DNA of 20,000 nucleotides from Perkinsus olseni (Eukaryota): NCBI GenBank assembly GCA_013115125.1, contig JABANN010000003.1, positions 169,693 to 189,692 of the forward strand, read 5' to 3'. Shown piece by piece: positions 1 to 10,120 of this stretch (position 1 is its first letter; each line of letters starts with the position of its first letter). The notes under the pieces were generated by a model. It saw only the letters and a program-made list of their open reading frames with translations, ran no database searches and was not told where the DNA came from. The position numbers and the translations under genes were made by a program.

Positions 1-371
1 ACTTCACAGCCACAAACCAGGCATTCGTCTCGGGTTTCGATGCGACCAATTTGAAACAGAAACAGAAACGCGCAACTGTGAATCGTAGCTGAACTGTATC
101 GATACCACGAAGTCACGTCACTTAATAATTCACTCATCGTGAACAGCACCCAACCACTGGTGTGACAACGCAAGATCGATTCAGTCGCTTCGTTTCCTGT
201 TGATCTATTCGAAACATGCAATACAGTGCTTTCGCATGCCCTATTCATAGTCTAACTGCTTGATAGTGGGGTTGTGGGGCCCTGAAAACAAGAATCCGCA
301 ACCGCTGGCCAAGACGGGGTCTCACTGCTCAGACAACGCGAGATGATAGTGATACGCTTGACTTCAATTAT

Positions 372-3300
372 TCACTCCCTTGTGGTGGGAGATGGTTGCA
401 CTAATTCGCTCTCTGTTGCCAAATGATCGGTATATTTGGTGATGGTCAAGGCCGCCCGACTATCCACTCCTTCGTTCTCAGGACCCTTCTTCCCGCCGCG
501 ACGTTGCTTGACGGTCACCTTCACACTCACCATGGGCTACAGAGTCACTGCTACCACGCCTACAAATCCGTCCTCGTCCATGCGTTCCGGACTCTCCCGT
601 TTCCTGCTCAGAACAGGTGCACGACGCTCCTCCTGATGTGAGTGCTGTTGTCTCCAATCGTACCGACTCCGCGTCCATCCCTGAGGCCGCTTCTGTTGAA
701 CCAGGGTGGCCACAAACGACCGAAGAATACTTTGGTCGCGACTCACTTTGCCAGTATCGCCTTTACCTTTACCCCTTCCCTTGCCCTTCCCTTTTCCGCC
801 CTTGCCTTTACCTTTACCATACGAGCCGCGAGAGGGAGCATCATGCTGACACGACCCAGAATCAAAACATTTCGCTGCAGCGAATTGCCCTATCCTTGCC
901 AAACTCGCCGGAAGCTCACTCACCCTGGGTACGAGATTCACTCTTTTCATGGGTGCTGCCTCCCCACCGTCCTCTTTAGGAACCTATTGAGTACGAGCTG
1001 AACAGGAGAGGTGTACTTGAGCGTGATTACACGAGCCCCGCAAGCTTGAGCGACAACGAAGTCGTACTGCACCATGGTACCGTGCTCCTTGATAGCTTGT
1101 TTGAAGGCATTAGTGCACGAGAACTGAACGGTTGCCTCCGATAAGAATTTGAAGACTGTCGTACAATTGAGTCTTCCGCAGCCATCATGTCGTCATTGAT
1201 CGCCTGCAGAGTGGCATGCACCCAATCCGAGCCGAAGGTGTAGACTGCTCGCTCAACCATGCTGAAACAGCTGGCCTCAACACACACGGAAGTTGAGCCC
1301 GAAGCCGCCTTGCCCGACCGGGACTAGTCGCTCATTCCACGCGATCACAACCACCTCAGCAGTAAGGATTTTACGCGCATCAAATAGAGCACCATCGAGG
1401 CCTCAAACTGCATAGTACCCGATGTTTCTGTCCAGCCTCGAGCCGACTAGGAGGGATGATATTACCTTATCTTGGCGGGGCCCAAGAAAACCGTGCCTGC
1501 TATAACCGTATCCAACCGTGGATCCTGGATGGGTATATACTCCAGGCACGGCAAGGCGGGGACAAGGAAACTCTGGCAGAAGCCAAGGTTGCAGGAAACC
1601 GAGAACGCGCGACTCGGATTTCGCTACCTTGATGAAATCGATCGTGTCCCTCTCGCGCCCCGACTTCTCCAGCTGTGAGAATGGTCGAATAGGAGTGAAC
1701 AGCGACGGTGCCTACAAGAGCGAGCCCTACCGCATCCAACCAGTATCAAACGCCAGCGCTGTTCCTCCATGACGGCGAGATCACTACGTAATGCATGTCT
1801 TCCCGAATTGTATCGCGGCGGAGCTTCCTAGGGTTCTCGAATATGTAGCGAAGATCCTCGTCAGTTACTCTGAAGCAGAAAAAGATCAGGCGTCCGCTGC
1901 ACGCGCTCCCAGCCGCGAGCGCACCCGAAGCGATCACGCTTGAACTTGAGAAGGCTGAGAAAGACGTTCAAGGGGGTCTTCCGCCGAGTTCCATCTCGTG
2001 ACATCTCTCCGCCTTCCTCCTCAATCTGTTGCGTGAGAGTCAGCATATCCCTGAGAATGCAATGCCGTGGGCCTGCTTCCACCAACTCACCTCGCTATGT
2101 CGGTCCCCAGGCGTTCCACAACTCTGCCGGTTACTTCAAGGTCGTTGGCGGTGATCGTGAGCATTGAGAGACCGAGCGTGAGAGCCTTCGCTATTTCTTG
2201 CTGAGACTTCGGCGGGGGCCTGCCGAGCGGGTCAGCGGTACTGTGGTTTGTCCAGCAGGCTGAGCACGAGCACTCACTCGACCACATCGGGGACCACAAG
2301 GCATTCTCCAGCGCCACTCGCTCCTGGTACGTCCGATGCCAACCGACGCTGTGAAAGGGTGGCGACGCCGAAGATGTAATTCAAATCTTCTCGAGGTACG
2401 CTGACATGCAGACTCAGCCTCGCTATCGGGTACACTGCGGTTGGTCGTCTCACCCAACTTTATGGAGGAGTAGCCCGGCCCAGACTCGACCGGGGGTCTC
2501 TATATGGGAAGATGTCGAGCCACCATTCGCCTAAGAGTCACAGTAGCGACATGAGCGCACAACTTCATCACCCTGAAGTCCCGTTCGAAGAATCTCTTAG
2601 TTCGTGATAGCATCCGGCGGCAAACCGACGCTCCAACTCGCTCTACTGCTCTCTCAACGATAATCCAGTCGGAAGCCGGCATTCGGAGACGCTCCAGCTC
2701 CAACAGGATGCCCTGAAGGAGCTAGACTGGACTGCGCTAGGCACCGCGAGAAATTGCCTCGGCGAGCGTCCGTGCCACTTCGGTGTTATACTGATCATCG
2801 TCATCTGAAGGAAGCCATAATTTTTCACGTCCTGTACAGTCACGCGCTGCCTGAGTCCTCACCATGATCACTTGCCATCGCCGCGGCATTGACTCCGAGA
2901 TCCAGCGGCTTCTTCCACCACGACATTGTGTCCGACAGAACGAACTCGATCTCCTCCGTGGAAGCTCTGAGATCAGCCTTCAAAGCGGAGCGGTTGATGC
3001 TCAACTTACTGCTCCTTAAATAGTTTGATGAAAATAGCGGCTGGTGTTCTCTTCCTGGTACCGTCATCACTCATCATACCACCGTGGTCCTCAATCTTCG
3101 TAACTGCCTCGTACAGAGAACTCGTGAACCTGAGAGCGAAAACCATGATTGCCTATCTCGAACTGTTGCTAGCATCCCTGCTCAACAGACATGTCGATCA
3201 TGACCCAACCGAGCATCTCACTTGAGACCTTTTCTATGAATCATCCTCTCAATCATCAGCTGATCATGAATCTTCAGGCCGACACAGATCCGATTCATCA

Positions 3301-5550
3301 CCTCCATCTCAGCCAAGAGACGCTTGAAGCGGGCCTGATAGGCATGAATGCTCTTCGAGGAGGAAACTCGCCACAAGAACTTACAGATTCCTCAGCTGTA
3401 TTGATGACCTCCCTCATAGGGCTAGAAGCGACGCTTCCACTGGCCTCTGGCGAGGGGACGACCTTGTAAATGAACGCCACATCCTCCTCGGTAAACCTAA
3501 GAACCCATCCCAGATTTATCGCCGTTCGCAGGTTGGCGGGGGCATGACGGTATGGCTAACCTGTCATCCTCTTTGATAAGCCGAGTGACTACTCCACCCA
3601 GGCGACCACCGCATTCTTTCTCAATTCTCTGAGAAGTATGGAACTAAAGGACTCACAGGGCAACTCCGGTCAAGACCACCTTAGTAGCCTCGTATAGTTC
3701 CACTGCGATGGCTACCCCTTTTCTCACAACTAATCGTTCCAGGAAATGAACCTGGGGAAAACGATTCTTTCTCCTGTAAAATTTCCACACTCACATGTAT
3801 CAAAGACATATTCACACCTAAACCGGCGGCTAGTTCAAGCACAACTATTCGCTCGGGCGCATCTGAAATGGAGAACAAGTCCAGCTGGGAAGTTCCAGTT
3901 TTGAGATATGATCAGGGCGCTCTCAGCCTTGTGAAGTGAAGTCGAGAGAGGCGCTTGAGAGATGAATTGACGTGCTCACCATCAGGAAGAATCATGAATC
4001 CAGCCATGTTCCCCTCGGGTGGCGGGATGGCGGCGGGTAAATCCTCACCACGCTCTTGATAATCCATATCACCCACAAACCTACGAACGTAAGCCGTCTC
4101 TTGGGTACTCAAGGCCGACTGCGCACCTTCCAGGAGTTCCGACTCCGCCACATGTTCTCCAAGAAGCGTCTTGGTATTGCTTCGTAAGCATAGGAGGTCG
4201 GCCTCTTGCTTTTCCCCGCCGAGGAGGCGCACCCTTACCTCCGCGAGCAAGCGCGAAGATGTACTTCTTATCCTCAGGCGAAATGCTGATACACCGCACA
4301 TCCAAGGCGAGTGGCTTATGAAACGGCTACATACCTCTCGTCAGCCTTGATGAGCTGGGCGAATACACCACCCGGAGTACCTGGATGTGGGAGAACAGGA
4401 AAGTCGAGGAGCAGTGTCGATACTAAATCGCCTACGCTTCACTTGAACTTCCTCGCCATCAAGCGTCTCTGCATCGGTCTTCTTCCTCAAGATGACGGAC
4501 GCCACTTCGGATCTCTCATTCGATGCATCCGAGCACAACTCTAGGCTCTGGGCCAGAATCGAGCGGGCGAAATCGACACCCTGAAGACGTGGGGTTGAAC
4601 GCAGAGCAGACGAAGGCACGACAGATAAACTTGCCTTCTTCTCGATGAGCCTTTCTGCTATTGTAGTTTCGCTCATGCCCAGACCGCCGACGATGTCGCG
4701 TATCTTTTAAAGACAAGTTCGAACTCCGACCCCTTCCACTGAAAGGCTCACCGCTCGGACTCTGGGATCGGAAGGCGCGAAGCAGCTAAGATTGGCGAAG
4801 ATGAGATCGATGCGCTGAGAAAACCAAACGTTGCCAGCCACAGGTCGAAGGAGCTCTCACCGCCTTGTCTCTGCGAATCTTATTCTGTCTGGTCGTATTG
4901 CCCCGGAAAATGAAGCTGAGGAGAGCAAATTATACCGTGCGAGAAGGACCTCGAAGTCACCGCTCGTGGAGATACCTTTTATCCTCGGGCTTGATATCTT
5001 TGCTGGTCTTGATAATCTTCCAGAATACACCTCCGGGTGTGCGCGCCCTGTTGCTACCGTCCTGGGTGTAGAGATACAGCGCATCTGCAGGGGCCTGAGA
5101 AAGATCGGGTCGATGATAGAGCTTTGACCCTGTCGACCTCACATTTTCTTCGATTTTCCTCTCAGTCACAGCAAGGAGCTCCTTGCACATATCCTTCCCA
5201 AGACGATGCACGGCCCTCTCAAGCTGATGGATGTCCATTTCAAGGAGCCTCCGGCCGAGTAGAGCGATCAGGTCTAACGCGTCCTGAGCAACGCACGGAC
5301 TTCAACGGATCACAGCCAGGATCGGTAGAGTGGAAACCCTCACCTGGTCAGTGAGTGGCACCAGCGACAGTTTGGACTTCATCTCTTCCTCAATCCAATA
5401 CATGCCGCCTTCCTCGTTCCACCGTGTTGTGATGTTCGAGCCCCACTCAGGATGGGAGGTAGGGGCTACGACGGGCTCAATACGCGTTGAAGACCCACGA
5501 GCATCCGCTGTGCTACAGCAGCTGCTTGTCGGGGGACTTGCAGTTGACAT
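372..5550 (-). CDS. Multi-exon (~25 exons, roughly 1,200-1,300 aa) protein with ~7 tandem PHAX-type RNA-binding domains and a GK-rich basic C-terminal tail
   Basis: ATG at 5550. Exon 1 (5550-5344) splices in frame (intron 5343-5284) to DALDLIALLGRRLLEMDIHQLERAVHRLGKDMCKELLAVTERKIEEN|APADALYLYTQDGSNRARTPGGVFWKIIKTSKDIKPEDKS|FIF. This matches the PHAX RBD pattern (human, recalled: ...LQEPKKDLIARVVRIIG...GSRRRTPGGVFLNLLK...ISEEQIKDIF). Further copies are recovered via canonical short introns down to ~1055. The last predicted exon, 518-372, gives DEDGF|VTVKQRRGGKKG...TGA. Junctions at ~2830-2880, 1260-1790 and 850-930 are uncertain, so a break into two genes is not fully excluded. Confidence 0.75.
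759..818 (-). repeat. Low-complexity GK repeat (GKGKGKGGKGKGKGRGKGKG) in the C-terminal tail of the PHAX-repeat protein
   Basis: Imperfect 6-nt periodicity (ctttac/cttgcc/cttccc on + strand), in frame within ORF 537..950(-). Confidence 0.85.
1055..1262 (-). repeat. PHAX-RBD repeat 7 (degenerate)
   Basis: MVERAVYTFGSDWVHATLQAINDDMMAAEDSI|FSCTNAFKQAIKEHGTMVQYDFVV. It keeps the ERAVxxxG helix and an FxQxIK-like helix but has no TPGG motif. Confidence 0.45.
1838..2200 (-). repeat. PHAX-RBD repeat 6
   Basis: EIAKALTLGLSMLTITANDLEVTGRVVERLGTDIAR|DMLTLTQQIEEEGGEMSRDGTRRKTPLNVFLSLLKFKRDRFG|VTDEDLRYIF. Confidence 0.85.
2368..2780 (-). repeat. PHAX-RBD repeat 5
   Basis: GILLELERLRMPASDWIIVERAVERVGASVCRRMLSRTKRFFERDFR|ANGGSTSSHIETPGRVWAGLLLHKVG|VPREDLNYIF. 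Confidence 0.75.
2935..3308 (-). repeat. PHAX-RBD repeat 4
   Basis: MEVMNRICVGLKIHDQLMIERMIHRKGLK|FTSSLYEAVTKIEDHGGMMSDDGTRKRTPAAIFIKLFKEQ|ASTEEIEFVL. Confidence 0.85.
3463..3862 (-). repeat. PHAX-RBD repeat 3 (loop-deleted)
   Basis: VVLELAAGLGVNMSLIH|VHFLERLVVRKGVAIAVELYEATK|RIEKECGGRLGGVVTRLIKEDDR|FTEEDVAFIYK. Confidence 0.7.
4255..4703 (-). repeat. PHAX-RBD repeat 2 (canonical RTPGGVF)
   Basis: IRDIVGGLGMSETTIAERLIEKK|GVDFARSILAQSLEL...VKRTPGGVFAQLIKADES|ISPEDKKYIF. Confidence 0.85.
4906..5283 (-). repeat. PHAX-RBD repeat 1 (canonical RTPGGVF)
   Basis: Spliced translation LLEMDIHQLERAVHRLG...DGSNRARTPGGVFWKIIKTSKDIKPEDKSFIF. Confidence 0.9.
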
Positions 5551-5886
5551 AAATAGATTGGTACACTATAAAAAAGACCAATGAGAGGCCGGATCCTCAG
5601 GGCCAGACACCTCATTTGCGGAGTGCTCCGTTTTAGAAAACGTACCAGGAAGATGTTCGCCCTTTCACACCAAACTACGACAAGCCAGAGGAGCCGAATC
5701 GCGCCAGGACTCATGTATGACAACCGGCAGGACAAGGAGTTCGCGAACGAGCGAGTTAAACGTCTCGACTCAACCCAAGGATAATTTGACTCCTCCTGAA
5801 GCAGCAAACCGCGTTGTCAGATCGCGCTCGCCAATGTGATCGATTAATAAGGACCATAATGAGCATCCAAATCCGCCTAGAGGACT

Positions 5887-6860
5887 ATGACGACCCTCCC
5901 GATCGACGATGAAACCTGGATGGCAACTAAGGCCTTCCTGTCGGGAGGCCTGGGTGCTTGCATATCGAAAACATGCACCGCTCCGTTGAGTCGAACGACG
6001 ATTTTGATGCAAGTGCAGTCGATGCGGCCGCACAAGTTCTACGTGCAGGGATCGCCAAACAACACCCGACTCCTGGAGTCCATCGCGAAAATGATCACTG
6101 AGGAAGGGTTCTTCTCGATGTGGAAGGGAAATGGAGCCAGTTGCTTGCACCGGTTTCCCTATGCTGGGATAACGTTTTTGGTCCAGGATCGAGTGAAGAG
6201 TTTCTTCCCTTTGAACTGGCGATTTGCGGACTTGGCCTCCGGAGCTACGGCTGGAGCGTGCGCCTGTCTTACATGCTACCCACTTGACGTCGTCAAGGCT
6301 CGACTAGCAACACAGACGAAGACGGCTCATTACCAAGGCATTGGTCACTGTCTCGTGCTAATTAAGAAGGAAGAAGGCCTCCGGGCATTTTACCGCGGTG
6401 TCGTACCCACACTGTGCTACGTTATGCCCACATTTGCAATAAACTTCGAGGTAGTACCAGAGCGTTCTTGGCGTATATGAGCGCTGCATCGGTTCCCCTG
6501 TGTTAGGTCTTCGGCACCGTGAAGAGCCTCTATAAGAAATACACCGGTGAAGACGATCTCCCGCCAATGCTCGCCATCACGAGCGGCTGCCTTAGCGGGT
6601 TTACTTCCAGTTCTCTGTGTTTTCCAATTGATTTGGTCCGGCGACAAATGCAGATGGACGGGCTCCACGGCCGACCTAAGCGTTTCGCTACTGCATGGCA
6701 TTGCTTCAAGCACATCATCGGCACCGACGGCATCCGGGGGCTTTACAGAGGCATTGTTCCTGAACTTTGTAAAGTCGTACCCTACGTGGGTCTGATGTTC
6801 GGATCGGTGGAAGGCCTACGTAATGCTAGGTGGCCCCATGAAGTCCGTGATGAATGCTGA
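5887..6860 (+). CDS. Mitochondrial carrier family (SLC25) protein, ~305 aa, 2 exons (5887-6450, 6507-6860)
   Basis: Three carrier repeats: GGLGACISKTCTAPLSR...EEGFFSMWKGN; SGATAGACACLTCYPLDVVKARL...EEGLRAFYRG; SGCLSGFTSSSLCFPIDLVRRQMQ...DGIRGLYRG. A 56-nt GT-AG intron (6451-6506) joins the two ORFs in frame. It resembles the adenine-nucleotide/CoA carrier group; the substrate is not determined. Confidence 0.95.
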
Positions 6861-7200
6861 CCACGCTACAGTACATTGAACGACTGCCTGCTTGAGATGT
6901 GTTTTATCCGCCTCGTTAGCGAGGCTCACTGTGCTGCCTGTCCCAGTAACATTCACCGTAGATTACCGTTGCCTGTCGCCACTTACTGTACTAGAAAGCA
7001 TTCATTTATAGTCGTTCCTTACTAGCATTTAGCTGGCTAGGCTCTACGGGGCTTGCGTGTTTGGTAGTGCCCTCCGCAACCATTGCTTCGCGAAATTACT
7101 CGGCCTCGTATGTTTTGTTCACGGCGAGTTCAACTCGTAGCAACGGGTTCTTGATTTTGTAGTACCTTGTTACTTGTTTCTGCTCTTCCCAGCGCTTTTT

Positions 7201-8742
7201 ATGGTCCGCCAGAGATCATCTGCCCCGCGCTCACATGGATGGGATTATCTTTCCGAAGATCATGAGAATAGAGGAGACAGGCCAGGTAACCACGAGTGAT
7301 GCAAACCGCTCTTACATACCAGATTCGTGCTTCGTTATTCTCGTTATTCTACCGTTAAGTCTCGTATCATGTCAGTTTTTCCTGTTGTTCTTTGGTGCGG
7401 CAATTGCTTTCCTCAGCGCTGCGGCCTCAGGTTCTGCTACACGTACCCTCATGTTCGTCAGACTTCCTCGAGAAGTTTCAGAAGCAGATTTGGTACAATT
7501 AGTAACCAAATACAGTCCGAAGTCATGCTGTGAAGACGGCTGCGTGGAGTCCACCAAGGTTATTGTTTCGCGTGCGGTCTGGCGACAGCCGTTAATGGCC
7601 ATTCAGGTGGTTCGTGATTCATGGGGCCGTTCGCGCTGCTTCGCCTTCGTCCGCTTCGCTCACACTAGCTGTGCTCTTCACGTTAAACGTCACGCGGACA
7701 GGCAACAGGTAGTAGGCTCGTGTTCGCGATGACTAGGCCCGGAGCTTCTTTGCGACTGACACGCCGAGCATTTCTCTGGGTAGATGGTGGCGTATGACCG
7801 TTTTGGCACGGGCTGGACGGTTGGTGCGACCTGGGCCAAAAACCCGAACAAGGCGGGTGAGAAGGAGAGCAAAAAGAAGGCAAGCAAGAGTCAGAAGAAA
7901 AAAGGTGTGATATTGGTTGGTTGTTTGTCTGGCCAGCCGTGTAGCTCTTCACTTCAGACAAGAAAAGGGCCAGCCCATCGCTAGTAATACCCTCGAACGC
8001 ACCCGTCCAACCGTCAGAGGAAGCTTTGCAAATGAACGACATAGCGCAGAGACTGAGGGATGAAGCCATCAGGTCTTTGACGGCTAGACAGCACGGTACT
8101 CGGCAAAGTATAGGGCTAGACAGCAACCATTTCGTGGACAGGAACTCAAGCATCCACGCATTTGACGGAGGTTGTTAACTCTATGCTGGGGATGCCAGTG
8201 AGCCCTCTATATCCTGCAGACTTCATTAATCCGGCTAGTCGCATATGGTCACTGACGAATCAAGCTACTGTTGGGAGCGACAACTCGGCAGTCCAGCCTA
8301 TTGGTCCTCTGCGTAGTACTCTGGTGGGAGACCTGGCTGCTGGGGTACCTGATTGTTCCTTCAGTCGTTCCTCGCTCCGTCCCCAACTATATCTCTGTTG
8401 ATGACCTTCAACGGAGCCCTCCTGGATCCGCGTGGCCAACAGGTGTTCAACAGCAGCTATACTCCGGTAGGCTTGTCAACGATAAGGTGACAGAAGGCGT
8501 CATGACATGTTACCAGATACACCGTCTACCAGTCCAGTCTTCACGCCTGTTCCGGCTGATCAACAAGCTAGCAGCGTCACCGCCCATCATCTCGGTGGTT
8601 ATGCTCCGTCCTATTCTGGTAGTGGCGCGCAGACTCGATGGAGGCGATTTGTACCTGCGTTCCTTCAGGCATCCTCGCCCATCCATTTGGATTGTGTAAC
8701 CCTCTTTCGATCGACAATCCTCCTCCTAGCGCCGCGTCCTAG
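7201..8742 (+). CDS. RRM-domain RNA-binding protein with low-complexity C-terminus (~8 exons)
   Basis: Exon 7201-7285 (MVRQRSSAPR...DRPG) splices in phase 1 to 7431. RNP2-like TLMFVRLPREVSEADL, RNP1 RSRCFAFVRF after intron 7559-7606, and a beta-4 VGATWAK after the intron ending at 7783. K-rich and P/S/Q-rich exons follow. The stop is TAG at 8740-8742, or TGA at 8770 if the last intron is not used. Confidence 0.75.
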
Positions 8743-10120
8743 GATTCTCTCATATGAGATTTTCAGCTGAACTTGTTAGTATTTCATACCAGTAGAACCC
8801 GTATGAGACAACAGTTTTCCAGCGTTGTCATCGGCAGCTCAATCGCTTTATTTCTACGTGCACACCAGTAGAGTATTTCTGTCTATATTTCTGGTCGTGT
8901 CCCTCTTTTCGCAGTGAGTACTTTTCTCCGTCTGTCGTGCCCCATAGTGAACTGGAAATATTCTCTCCTCATCTGTCGCGATATTACTACTAGACAACAG
9001 AGACGCATCGTCTTCGTGGCTTCCGAGGTCTCCGCCTCGAGCCATGGTTTTTAAGTCGTTTGCGGTTGCTCTGTGTGTGATGCCATCTGTGTGACTAATC
9101 ATCGATTTTTGACGTGCTGCCATCCTGTAAGGAGTCTCGAAGTGTATTTGATTCTATTACTCCCCGAACCTATGTGAACCTACACTATTTCAACTCTAGA
9201 AGAGTCGTATTTTTTAGGTAGTTACTAAATCTTTGACATGGTATCCACGTTGAACACGTTGCTGTTGCGTTCGCAAGCAATAATTTTGTTAACATTCATG
9301 TGACATTGTCCTGAACGATGAGAAGTTAAGAACCGCGTGCACTTGCGGTGATAAAATAGAGCACTTGGGCTGAAACGCAACATGCCCTTTCATAAAATAA
9401 CAACTGCTGCCATGATATGATGGCACTTAACAACGATGAATACGAAGTGAAATGTCAACAACTCGTGATGTATTCCGATTATCTACCAAATATTGGTGGT
9501 GACTGATTCTGCATAGCAAAGAAGATCACCCGTGCCTTAAGCACAGCTTGCATGACCCCATTGGAGGACCGATATGTCAGAGCTTCACGTGCATCGCACT
9601 TGCAGCTCAGATTTCAAAACGGCACTCTCAGCGCCGTGTAGGGATTTGTACAGTACCCAAGCACCAGGGCCGAAGCCCATCTAAAAAGGAGCATTTCAAT
9701 CGTATCCGCATTATCAAGATGGCATTACAATATTCCAACGCGCAGGACCTCGCTTGATCCTGCTGCTGCAACGCACATAGCTACCAGGAATAGGATGAGG
9801 ATTGCGGTGAGGATGGTTGCTAGTGTGATATGACCTGAGAAATCGGGAGGTCAGAAAAATCAAAGTTGATTTAATGGTAGGATGATGGATGATCACGCTT
9901 GGCGCGGGTGGCTCGCCATAATGTCGAGATTTCTTACCTTCGGAGCAGAAGACACTTCGGATCAGACTCGGCGCCATATCCTGGTTTTTAACCATGATGG
10001 GATTCAGAAATGTGATTAGAGCGAGAAAAGAAGGTCGCTGAGAATGTTCACTCCAGCGCTGTCGCGAAAGAAGTTTTTCTCTGACTCTCACCGATAACCA
10101 ACTCAAAGCACTCGCACAGA

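Noticed and set aside
1-371. Possible ncRNA or gene in the first 370 nt
   Set aside because: No tRNA cloverleaf, snRNA motif or meaningful ORF was seen; it is probably 3' UTR or intergenic sequence.
420-4300. Degenerate retrotransposon gag/pol, suggested by fragmented minus-strand ORFs and the GKGKG tract
   Set aside because: No RT, RNase H, integrase or tyrosine-recombinase motifs, no zinc knuckle and no terminal repeats. Canonical introns in a PHAX-repeat gene explain the fragmentation.
7431-7840. Idea that the stand-alone RRM gene is the split-off RRM of the RRM-less U2SURP
   Set aside because: It lacks the U2SURP RRM hallmarks as I recall them (NLY.GN, KIMWPR, CGFVAF), has its own long C-terminus, and is separated from U2SURP by another gene.
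9714-10106. 130-aa minus-strand ORF downstream of the EF-hand gene
   Set aside because: Non-ATG start, no recognisable motif and no convincing splice link to the upstream gene.
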